A stretch of DNA of 64,000 nucleotides from an uncultured Thiomicrospira sp. (lineage in GTDB: Bacteria > Pseudomonadota > Gammaproteobacteria > CAKMZV01). Shown one piece after another: positions 38,543 through 47,168 of this stretch; within the stretch, counting starts at the first letter, position 1; each line of letters begins with the position of its first letter. A program made the position numbers and the translations under genes. The stretch covers positions 1,600,001 through 1,664,000 of the forward strand of contig OZ239628.1 of assembly GCA_965195345.1 (NCBI GenBank), given 5' to 3'. The notes under the pieces were generated by a model. That model had not been told where the DNA came from. It saw only the letters and a program-made list of their open reading frames with translations, and searched no databases.

Positions 38543-39804
38543 TAATTACTACCAGCCGTCTCTCCTTGGGCTAAATAAGGGATCCGTTTCTCTTCCAAGG
38601 TTTTCCAGTGATTTTCAGCCTGTTTTAGAAACTTTTGTTTTTGTTTTTTGGTTATCGATTTGCCTCTTGGCAATTTGACTTTCAATGGGTCAACGTGGAC
38701 TCCTAAATAACGAAGTTCATAATGCAAATGAGGTCCCGTCGAACGACCAGTGCTTCCCACATAAGCAATCACGTCTCCTTTGTTCACTTTCTTGTTTTTA
38801 CGCATCCCTTTTTTAAATCGACTAATATGCGCATAAACAGTCATATACTTTCTACCGTGTTTAATTTTAATGATATTCCCGTATGTATTCGAGTAACCAA
38901 TTGTAGTTATAACTCCGTTGGCTGTGGCGTAGATAGGCGTTCCCGTAGGAGCCGCGTAATCAACACCTCTGTGCGCAACGATTTTGTGTAATATTGGGTG
39001 TAGTCGTTTGGGATGAAAGCGACTGCTTATTCTTACATGTCTAACAGGATTGCGATCAAAAGCAGTTTCCATATTCTCACCCTTACGAGTGTAATAACCT
39101 GCTTTTTTCTTTTCTTCAAATCGAACGACTTCCCACTCCCCTGCTTTACCTACAAACGCCACTGCTTGAATGAACGTGTTGCTTACCTGCTTTCCATCTA
39201 TGTAATGCTGTCCGTAAATTAGTTGAAAACGATCGCCCTTTCTTAAATCGGTAGAAAAATTAATATGCCCCCCAAATATATTCTCTAACTGAATTAAAAT
39301 TTTGTCAGGAACCCCTGCTTTAAAACCATCAAAAAACAATGATTGGTTAACAATAATTTCTTTGTATTGCTCTCTAACTTCTATTGGCTTTTGTACTACA
39401 TCGGTTTGAAACGATTCATCATCTTTTTCTATTCTGATGTACTTTCCAGCATTTAGTAATAATCGTGCTTCTTTAAAAGCGCAGGTATGTGGAGAGCGTC
39501 CTATTTCTAAACGATCGCCTATACGTAATTGGGTTAATCTTTTATTAAAATCAGACTCTTTTGATAACCAAAGTACTTCATGCGGCAGTACTTTAAACTT
39601 GTCTAAAATCCCTCCCAATGTTTGACCTGATTTAACAGTCCATTGGCTCCACAGAAGCATGCCACTATCTGTTTTTGCGGGAAGTAACGGGGATACGGCA
39701 GGGCAAACTATCTTGGCATTGGCAGAGGTTGCCAATACTGTCACAACTAAACATAGCCCAATATTAAGTCTTTTATCAATTATTCTTTTTAACCAAAAAA
39801 ACAT
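38542..39804 (-). CDS. M23-family peptidoglycan DD-endopeptidase (MepM-like)
   Basis: LysM/OapA-like N-terminal region; HRGVDYAAPTGTP and STGPHLHYE metal motifs. Confidence 0.9.
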   Translation of the reverse strand: MFFWLKRIIDKRLNIGLCLVVTVLATSANAKIVCPAVSPLLPAKTDSGMLLWSQWTVKSGQTLGGILDKFKVLPHEVLWLSKESDFNKRLTQLRIGDRLEIGRSPHTCAFKEARLLLNAGKYIRIEKDDESFQTDVVQKPIEVREQYKEIIVNQSLFFDGFKAGVPDKILIQLENIFGGHINFSTDLRKGDRFQLIYGQHYIDGKQVSNTFIQAVAFVGKAGEWEVVRFEEKKKAGYYTRKGENMETAFDRNPVRHVRISSRFHPKRLHPILHKIVAHRGVDYAAPTGTPIYATANGVITTIGYSNTYGNIIKIKHGRKYMTVYAHISRFKKGMRKNKKVNKGDVIAYVGSTGRSTGPHLHYELRYLGVHVDPLKVKLPRGKSITKKQKQKFLKQAENHWKTLEEKRIPYLAQGETAGSN

Positions 39805-40009
39805 ATTTTTTATTTTCTTCGCTTTGGTTTATCAATAGATGTTTGTTTATTCTAATCCACGTAGGAATATCGTAATAACTGCCTCTATCCGTAGAAATCA
39901 GTCGAATAATTTCTCCTTTCTTCAACTCTCGCAATGCATTCTGCAATGCAATAATTGGATCAGGGCAACTTAAACCCGACACATCAATTATCTTTATGGG
40001 TTCATGCAT
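39776..40009 (-). CDS. tusA: TusA/SirA-family sulfur carrier
   Basis: DVSGLSCPDP...STD.GS..DIP; 77 aa. Confidence 0.82.
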   Translation of the reverse strand: MHEPIKIIDVSGLSCPDPIIALQNALRELKKGEIIRLISTDRGSYYDIPTWIRINKHLLINQSEENKKYVFLVKKNN

Positions 40010-40312
40010 TCTCTAATTTAAATCTAATGTATACGTAATACCCCTCACACATACTTTTTTAAGTACCATTATAATTCATTAAATAATCACATTATTAATT
40101 ATTTATAACCCATTGTAATACTGAAACTTAATGCAGATAAAGATGTTTCAGTAAAAGTTTGGAATTGGGCAGGGCGTTTGACTATAAGTATAACAGCACC
40201 TTTTCAAGGATATGCAAAAAGCATTCAATTCTCATGAAGATGAGCTGATACAACTTGCAAGAAACAGCTGGTAAAAAACAATATGCTTCATCCAATTTAA
40301 TCACGTACGGTG

Positions 40313-40326
40313 TATAATCCCGCCCG
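40313..40326 (+). promoter_or_regulatory. sigma70 -10 box with GC-rich discriminator for dksA-yajC-secDF
   Basis: TATAAT-CCCGCCCG, nearly identical to the element upstream of rpmI. Confidence 0.55.
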
Positions 40327-40375
40327 ATTTAAATATTTTCAATTTTTACTTAACCCAACACTATCAAGCAATAAC

Positions 40376-40819
40376 ATGAGTGGATACCGTTACCTTGAAG
40401 ACTTGCCAAACTATGAACCCCAAAAAGGTGAAGAGTATATGAACAATAGTCAGCTGGAACATTTCAAAAACAAACTAATAACATGGAAATCTATCCTCGA
40501 AGACGAGGTGAGTAGAACGATTGACCATATGAGGAATGAATCAACTCAGATTCCTGATGAGTTAGACCGAGCTACAATGGAAGAAGGATTCAGATTAGAG
40601 ATACGCACTCGTGAACGTGAACATAAACTAATGTTAAAGATAGAAGAAGCACTACTTCGAATCGAACTTTCAGAGTATGGTTATTGTAGAGAAACTGGTG
40701 AGGAAATTGGGCTTGCTCGATTAGATGCTCGCCCAACAGCTGACTTATGCATCGCTGAAAAGGAACGGATGGAACAACGGGAAAAACAAGGATTACATAT
40801 AAACACGAGGGTCTTTTAA
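40376..40819 (+). CDS. dksA: RNA polymerase-binding factor DksA, two-cysteine type
   Basis: EEYMN..QLEHFK, acidic tip DELDRA, YGYCRETGEEIG..RL.ARPTA.LCI. Start moved to ATG 40376 because the GTG at 40310 abuts the -10 box. Confidence 0.93.
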   Translation: MSGYRYLEDLPNYEPQKGEEYMNNSQLEHFKNKLITWKSILEDEVSRTIDHMRNESTQIPDELDRATMEEGFRLEIRTREREHKLMLKIEEALLRIELSEYGYCRETGEEIGLARLDARPTADLCIAEKERMEQREKQGLHINTRVF

Positions 40820-40821
40820 TC

Positions 40822-41169
40822 ATGAAAAATATACTATTCTATTTATTTATCGCTATTACTCCAATTACTGCTTTTGCTGAAGGAGAACAAGAAGGGAGCT
40901 TTTTAAGCTTACTTCCTCTCGTCTTATTATTTGTTGTCTTTTACTTTGTTTTAATCCGTCCTCAGCAGAAAAAAACAAAACTACATAAAAAAATGACGGA
41001 AGAGTTGAAAAAAGGAGATGAAGTAATCACTTTTGGTGGCATTTTGGCGCGCATTGTAGAGTTGGATGAAAACTTTCTTTCTCTTGAAGTAGCTGACGAA
41101 GTAATCATAAAAGTACAACGCTCAGGTGTAGCAACACTTATGCCTAAAGGTACATACAAATCGTCTTAA
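40822..41169 (+). CDS. yajC: Preprotein translocase subunit YajC
   Basis: FYFVLIRPQQKK...LKKGDEVIT.GGI...LMPKGT. Confidence 0.95.
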   Translation: MKNILFYLFIAITPITAFAEGEQEGSFLSLLPLVLLFVVFYFVLIRPQQKKTKLHKKMTEELKKGDEVITFGGILARIVELDENFLSLEVADEVIIKVQRSGVATLMPKGTYKSS

Positions 41170-41179
41170 ACTGAAAAAT

Positions 41180-43081
41180 TTGATGCTTTTCGGTTCTTCA
41201 AACCAGCCACAAACGTCAATCATTAACCGTAACAGTTGGTGGCGTTATCTCGTTCTGCTATGCGTGCTTTCTATTGGCATTCTATATGCTTTGCCGAATA
41301 TCTTTGGCGATGACGTGGCGATACAAATTTCTGCTCAGCGAGGTGCTAATTTAGGGATAAGTCAATTAAACAAAATAACGTCCTCTCTTGAAGATGCTAA
41401 TATCCAATCTAAAAAAGCAGTTCTAAAAAATGAAAAAATAATCATTCATTTTTCAAATTCTGAGAACCAACTAAAAGCTAAGACTGTTATTGAAAAAACC
41501 TTGAAAAAAGGTTATGTTATTGCGCTTCATTTAGCATCAGCAGCGCCTGAATGGCTAAATAATTTAAATGCAAATCCTATGTACTTAGGTTTGGATTTAC
41601 GTGGCGGTGTTTATTTCCTTATGGAAGTTGATGTCGAAGCAGCCGTTAGCACTACCATTGATCGTAGACTTGGGGAAATTAGGCGTTTATTGCGCGATGA
41701 AACAATTCGTTACACTAACATTAGAAGAGAAGAAAATAATTTAATTGTGCAGCTACAATCCGCCGAAGCAATTGATAAAACAGTTGAGTTGTTAGAAACA
41801 GAATTTACAGACAATATAACCCGTGAAGTCGACATAAACGGTCAAAAAGCACTTATGATCACTTTCCGTGAAGATGCAATAAAAGACATCCAACGATTTG
41901 CAGTCAAACAGAATATCACCACTTTACGCAATCGTGTCAATGAACTTGGTGTTGCTGAACCAGTCATTCAACAGCAAGGCGCAAATCGCATAGTTGTTCA
42001 ATTACCAGGGGTTCAAGATACTGCTCGTGCGAAGGAAATACTTGGCGCCACCGCAACGTTAGAGTATCGATTGGTTGATGATTCCAAAGACCCTCGCAGA
42101 GCTGCCTCTACTGGATTCAGCCCTCCAGGCACTGAGTTGTATTATTTCCGTGATGGCACACCAATTTTATTAAAGAAACAAGTCATTGTTACAGGTGAAA
42201 GCGTTATAAACGCACGTTCTGGAATTGACCAGAACCATGGTTCTCCTATGGTATCCGTAACACTTGATTCAGCTGGTGGTAAGCGCATGCTCGCAATAAC
42301 CAAGCGTAATGTAAACCGTCGCATGGCGGTCGTATTCATTGAAACACAATTGGTTACTAACACGTCTGGCGATGCTACGGAACGTAAACGCATAGTTAAT
42401 AAATCGGTAATAAATGCCGCCACCATAGTTGATCAGTTTGCCAATCGCTTTCAAACAACAGGGCTTGACAATCCTCAGGAAGCTCGAGATCTTGCTTTAC
42501 TTTTACGTGCTGGTGCCTTAGCCGCTCCTTTAGATATCGTTGAAGAGCGCACCATTGGACCAAGTCTCGGAAAAGAGAACATTGATCAAGGGTTCTTTTC
42601 AGTCATCATCGGTTTGCTTCTCGTATTAGTAATTATGGTTGTGCGCTATAAAATATTCGGAGTAATTGCAAACATTGCTTTGTGCCTTAATCTAGTGTTG
42701 ATTGTTGCTGCTTTATCGCTCTTACAGGCAACACTTACGTTACCAGGCATTGCTGGCATCGTTCTTACTGTGGGTATGGCAGTAGATGCCAACGTTTTAA
42801 TTTTTGAACGCATACGTGAAGAATTAAGAGCAGGGCGAAGTGTTCAATTAGCAATTTCAGCTGGGTATGATCGAGCATTTGTCACCATTGCGGATGCAAA
42901 CATTACTACACTTATCGCTTCACTGGTATTATTTGGATTTGGTACGGGTCCAATAAAAGGATTTGCTGTAACACTGTCATTTGGAATAATCACCTCCATG
43001 TTTACTGCTATTATGATGTCACGCATCATTGTCAATTTTTTCTATGGCAATGACGTCAATCGCAAAAGCCTTGCAATTTAA
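41180..43081 (+). CDS. secD: Protein translocase subunit SecD
   Basis: LGLDLRGG, RVNELGVAEP, ERTIGPSLG, GMAVDANVLIFERI. Confidence 0.97.
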   Translation: MMLFGSSNQPQTSIINRNSWWRYLVLLCVLSIGILYALPNIFGDDVAIQISAQRGANLGISQLNKITSSLEDANIQSKKAVLKNEKIIIHFSNSENQLKAKTVIEKTLKKGYVIALHLASAAPEWLNNLNANPMYLGLDLRGGVYFLMEVDVEAAVSTTIDRRLGEIRRLLRDETIRYTNIRREENNLIVQLQSAEAIDKTVELLETEFTDNITREVDINGQKALMITFREDAIKDIQRFAVKQNITTLRNRVNELGVAEPVIQQQGANRIVVQLPGVQDTARAKEILGATATLEYRLVDDSKDPRRAASTGFSPPGTELYYFRDGTPILLKKQVIVTGESVINARSGIDQNHGSPMVSVTLDSAGGKRMLAITKRNVNRRMAVVFIETQLVTNTSGDATERKRIVNKSVINAATIVDQFANRFQTTGLDNPQEARDLALLLRAGALAAPLDIVEERTIGPSLGKENIDQGFFSVIIGLLLVLVIMVVRYKIFGVIANIALCLNLVLIVAALSLLQATLTLPGIAGIVLTVGMAVDANVLIFERIREELRAGRSVQLAISAGYDRAFVTIADANITTLIASLVLFGFGTGPIKGFAVTLSFGIITSMFTAIMMSRIIVNFFYGNDVNRKSLAI

Positions 43082-43089
43082 CATCCATC

Positions 43090-44070
43090 ATGACTGAAAC
43101 CATCACCAAATATGGAAAAATCCCTTTCTTAAAATGGCGCAAAGTTGCTGTGATTGCATCCATTGTCTTAATTTTAGGTTCTTTAGGGTCACTTTTTACA
43201 AAAGGGCTTAATTTGGGCATTGATTTCACAGGGGGAACGCTGGTTGAATTGGGCTATCCAGATGCTATAGAACCAAGTGTTCTACGTACTTCGTTTGATA
43301 ATGAAGGAATCGTAAATTATGAGGTTGCTTACTTTGGTTCTAATAAAGAAATATTGATTCGAGTAGCGCCTATCGATGGATTTAATAATGCGCAATTAAG
43401 CGAAAAAATACTGGAATTAGCGCGGAATATCGACTCGAATGTTGACTTGCGCCGTGTTGAGTTCGTTGGCCCTAAAGTGGGTGAAGAATTAACAACTGAT
43501 GGTGGACTCGCCATGTTGTATGCCCTTTTTGGAATATTAATATACATCGCCTTTCGATTTGAATGGCGTTTTGCTGTGGGATCAGTTGCGGCTCTAGTTC
43601 ATGATGTGATAATCACTTTAGGTATTTTTTCATTTCTTGGACTATCATTCGACTTAACCGTCCTCGCTGCAGTTTTAGCCGTCATAGGATATTCCTTGAA
43701 CGACACAATCGTTGTGTTTGATCGCATTCGTGAAAACTTCATCAATCTCCGCAAAGGCACTCCTGACGAAATCACTAACAAGTCACTGAATGACATGCTG
43801 GCCCGTACTTTGATGACTTCTTTGACCACATTGCTTGTTCTGTTTGCATTATTTTTCCTAGGAGGAGAAGTTATTCATCAGTTTGCTAGCGCTTTAATCA
43901 TCGGAGTCTTTGTTGGTACTTATTCATCTATTTACATTGCATCTTCATCAGCGATAGCATTAGGAGTCTCAAAGGAACACTTGATACCTGCGGTAAAAGA
44001 AGGGGACTCAGACAAAGATCACTCTTCAATTATCAATGAACAGTTACAGCGCAAAAAACGCAGACGCTAA
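43090..44070 (+). CDS. secF: Protein translocase subunit SecF
   Basis: LGIDFTGG, EFVGPKVG, GYSLNDTIVVFDRIRE. Confidence 0.97.
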   Translation: MTETITKYGKIPFLKWRKVAVIASIVLILGSLGSLFTKGLNLGIDFTGGTLVELGYPDAIEPSVLRTSFDNEGIVNYEVAYFGSNKEILIRVAPIDGFNNAQLSEKILELARNIDSNVDLRRVEFVGPKVGEELTTDGGLAMLYALFGILIYIAFRFEWRFAVGSVAALVHDVIITLGIFSFLGLSFDLTVLAAVLAVIGYSLNDTIVVFDRIRENFINLRKGTPDEITNKSLNDMLARTLMTSLTTLLVLFALFFLGGEVIHQFASALIIGVFVGTYSSIYIASSSAIALGVSKEHLIPAVKEGDSDKDHSSIINEQLQRKKRRR

Positions 44071-44105
44071 AAATTGTCAACACATCATCTAAAGACCCGC
44101 ACGAC

Positions 44106-45041
44106 ATGCAACATACAACTTTACCAGACGTAGCCTTAGATAACGTTTCTCACGATAGTGTAACTCAGATAAGTCAAGTAGGGATGTCGAACATTGAGAT
44201 ACCTTTGTCACTCCAGACATCTGCAGGCTTGCAAATATCAAATGCGAGAGCGGAAGCCACTGTAAATTTGATTGCTCCTAAAAAGGGCATACACATGTCG
44301 AGAATATATCAAGACTTAGTCGAACTGTTGCCTTCACAGCCTCTAACACTGAATCTGTTGTATACATTAACTCAGCAGTTTCTTAAATCGCACAAAGGGC
44401 TGAGCAATAATGCCTTTCTAAAACTTCATTTTGAGTTGCTTGAAAAACGTTGTTCTTTATTAAGTGATGGCTATGGCTGGCGATCTTACCCTGTTGAAAT
44501 AATAGCCAGCAATGTTGATGGGAAGTTTAGTGCCACCGTTAAAATTTCTTTTATATACTCATCAACTTGCCCATGTTCTGCCGCTCTATCCAGACAAAAA
44601 ATACAAGAAAAATTTGACACTGATTTCAATCAAAACTCTGTTGTAGATAAAAAAGAAGTTCTCGAATGGATTGAACAGCCAGAAAATATAAATGCAACGC
44701 CCCATAGCCAGAGAAGTACCGCTCTTTTCTCATTGCAGTTACTTGATAGTAATAACAGTGATCCTCTTCTTTTTGTAAATTTATGTTCAGAAATAGAATC
44801 GTTCATACCAACGACCGTTCAGACTATGGTCAAGCGTCAAGATGAACAATATTTTGCTCAATTAAACGCTTCAAACTTGATTTTTTGTGAAGATGCTGCT
44901 CGACAATTCAAATTGCGACTTGAAAAGTCTAAACTGAAGAGTATCCTTCGTTCTTTCAAAATACGGGTTGAGCACTTAGAAAGTTTGCATGCCCACGATG
45001 CTATCGCTGAAATTTCATCTGATGTCCCATTCGATACTTGA
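44106..45041 (+). CDS. folE2: GTP cyclohydrolase IB (FolE2)
   Basis: LPDVA, KGIHMSR, YSSTCPCSAALSRQ, ATPHSQRS, FCEDAAR, HLESLHAHDA. Confidence 0.92.
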   Translation: MQHTTLPDVALDNVSHDSVTQISQVGMSNIEIPLSLQTSAGLQISNARAEATVNLIAPKKGIHMSRIYQDLVELLPSQPLTLNLLYTLTQQFLKSHKGLSNNAFLKLHFELLEKRCSLLSDGYGWRSYPVEIIASNVDGKFSATVKISFIYSSTCPCSAALSRQKIQEKFDTDFNQNSVVDKKEVLEWIEQPENINATPHSQRSTALFSLQLLDSNNSDPLLFVNLCSEIESFIPTTVQTMVKRQDEQYFAQLNASNLIFCEDAARQFKLRLEKSKLKSILRSFKIRVEHLESLHAHDAIAEISSDVPFDT

Positions 45042-45441
45042 AATACAAAAAAAAATCATTGAAGATTTTTCTTGGTTTGACAATTGGGAAGATAAATATC
45101 AATATATCATTGATTTAGGGAGAAAACTGCCGGTACTTGACAATTCTTTAAGAACCGAAAAAAATAAAATTAAAGGCTGCCAATCACAAGTTTGGTTAAC
45201 CTATTCAGTTGAAAAAAACCGGATATACTTTTCCGCCGCCAGTGATGCGGCAATTGTTTCTGGTTTAATTACCATTCTTTTGCAAGTATTTTCGGGACAA
45301 ACCGCTGAGGATATTACTGAAGCTCCCATCTCTTTCATAGATGAGATTGAGCTTTCTCAGCATTTGTCGCCTACGCGTAGTAACGGTTTGGCAGCAATGC
45401 TCACAAGAATAAGAGAAATTGCACAGAACAACTTATCATAA
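45022..45441 (+). CDS. SufE-family sulfur acceptor
   Basis: WEDKYQYIIDLG, GCQSQVW, SDAAIVSGL, LSPTRSNGL; start placed at ATG 45022. Confidence 0.9.
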   Translation: MSHSILEIQKKIIEDFSWFDNWEDKYQYIIDLGRKLPVLDNSLRTEKNKIKGCQSQVWLTYSVEKNRIYFSAASDAAIVSGLITILLQVFSGQTAEDITEAPISFIDEIELSQHLSPTRSNGLAAMLTRIREIAQNNLS

Positions 45442-45650
45442 TCTAGTATTAGGCAAGCACGACTTAAAATACAAGTTGTTTTAGTTCTGAAACTTTCTTT
45501 TCGCTAAAATATTTTAGTAGCTGGGAGCGATAGCAACTGAAATTGACAGTTTTATTATTATTGTTAATAATCACGATTTTAAAATTATCTTTAGTTATAA
45601 TCACATGTGAGCATTTTTTTTATTTAAATTGGGTGATTGTGCAGTCTATG

Positions 45651-45666
45651 TGGTGTGCAAATTGCA
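45651..45666 (+). promoter_or_regulatory. Putative sigma54 (-24/-12) promoter
   Basis: TGGTGTG-CAAA-TTGCA matches TGGYRYR-N4-TTGCW with exact GG-N10-GC spacing, about 30 nt before the ATG at 45696 (SD-like GAAGGT at 45685-45690). Confidence 0.65.
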
Positions 45667-45695
45667 TTTAAGAAGCCCATAAAAGAAGGTTGATT

Positions 45696-47123
45696 ATGAC
45701 TACTGCAACGTATAGGCTACTTATTGTTTTGTCTGCTTTATTGTCTCTTGGACTTGCTGGATGTGGCAGCAGTGATGGGGATTCGGGGACGAATACCAAT
45801 CGAACTATTTCAGGAATTGCAATTGATGGTCCTCTAAATTCTTCGGAAATTTTCATAGATCGAAATGGCAATGGAATCCATGATCGTGACAGCGAGTTTC
45901 CCACTCCAAGAACAACAGACTCTTCTGGCAATTTTAGCTTTAGTTTTACAGGCAATGGTCAGTTAACTGTTTCAGGTGGCATCGATGCTACTACTAATGC
46001 ACCCTTTCGTGGCATTGTTCAGCTAGATCCTAGTCAAACTGCAAATAATACAGTCGTCATTTCACCTCTATCAAGTCTTATACATAATGCAGGAACCGCT
46101 TCTTCTACAGTTATTTTCAACAATTTAGCAGGGCTTGATTTACAGCAAGTGTTATCCACTAACTTTTTAGTTGCCAATACTTTGGCTTCTACTCAACAAA
46201 GCACTCTTCTTGACTTAGCAGTGCGTTATCAAAAAATTTCAGAAACCTTAGCTCATGCAGTAATGGTGGATGGAAACACCACAGGAAATGCTATTATTCA
46301 TGCTTCTTCTGCGAATACCATGTTGGCATTGGCGTTAGGAAATGCAGCAAATAGCACCAATACTGAGGCAATATTTAATAGTGTAAACTTTACCTCTATT
46401 TCTTCCAGCCTCGGAATTTCAGCTGCAAGACAAGGAGTGTTGACTCAAAGAATTTCATCGTTTAACGACACGATTACTGACATTAGGAACACTACAGCAA
46501 ATGCAGACACGGTTATGCTAGCTGGGGAGTTGTTGACACAGACTATTATTGAAAATGTTTTTTCTACAAACACACAAATTCTCAGTAACGCAATTGACAT
46601 TGTCATGAATAGTACGCTCTCTGAAGTAGATGTTATTCAATTGGCAAATATAATAAATAATAATGCCGATTCGACCCAAACGGATCAGTTAGTCAATCAA
46701 GCAATGCGTATATCATTCCCTTCAACATTAACGGGTACGCTCGTAACTTTACGTGGTAGTGATGTTATTTCAAATGATCCTAGTGACACTTTTGACAATG
46801 ACGTTACCGTATATTTTGACGTAAATGGAACAAACTTTTCTTTATGCATTAGTGAAACTAATCCAAGCGACAACCTAATATTTAGCGGGACTTGGGAAAG
46901 AACATCAGATAGTTCGATTATTTTGACCTCTCAAGTAAGTTATACAATCTCACTTACTCCTCCCACCTCTAGTGATTTTATGTACACAGCTGGTTCGAAC
47001 CTTCCAATTGATGGAGACCCCGAATTGTTTCGTATAGGCATAAGAAATGCTAATGCTTTTAACCCCTTTACCACACTGCCTACAACCTCCTCTCAGTGCC
47101 CTACTATTCAGCCACGCACATAA
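45696..47123 (+). CDS. Uncharacterised surface lipoprotein with N-terminal G.AIDG.L...IF.D.NGNG..D domain
   Basis: Lipobox LAGC, Gly/Ser/Asp tether, DxNxNG Ca-binding-like loop, Ser/Thr/Asn-rich, only one Lys, two C-terminal Cys. Confidence 0.8.
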   Translation: MTTATYRLLIVLSALLSLGLAGCGSSDGDSGTNTNRTISGIAIDGPLNSSEIFIDRNGNGIHDRDSEFPTPRTTDSSGNFSFSFTGNGQLTVSGGIDATTNAPFRGIVQLDPSQTANNTVVISPLSSLIHNAGTASSTVIFNNLAGLDLQQVLSTNFLVANTLASTQQSTLLDLAVRYQKISETLAHAVMVDGNTTGNAIIHASSANTMLALALGNAANSTNTEAIFNSVNFTSISSSLGISAARQGVLTQRISSFNDTITDIRNTTANADTVMLAGELLTQTIIENVFSTNTQILSNAIDIVMNSTLSEVDVIQLANIINNNADSTQTDQLVNQAMRISFPSTLTGTLVTLRGSDVISNDPSDTFDNDVTVYFDVNGTNFSLCISETNPSDNLIFSGTWERTSDSSIILTSQVSYTISLTPPTSSDFMYTAGSNLPIDGDPELFRIGIRNANAFNPFTTLPTTSSQCPTIQPRT

Positions 47124-47168
47124 GTAAGCGGATAGCCAAAAAACACAATAGGCATCATTTATTGGTTT

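Noticed and set aside
40130-40275. Short coding-like fragments between tusA and dksA (e.g. MQKAFNSHEDELIQLARNSW)
   Set aside because: SD spacing is too short and the resemblance to any family is too weak to support without a search.
40310-40375. GTG start of dksA at 40310
   Set aside because: It abuts the TATAAT box, so it would lie upstream of the predicted transcript; ATG 40376 gives a normal-length DksA.
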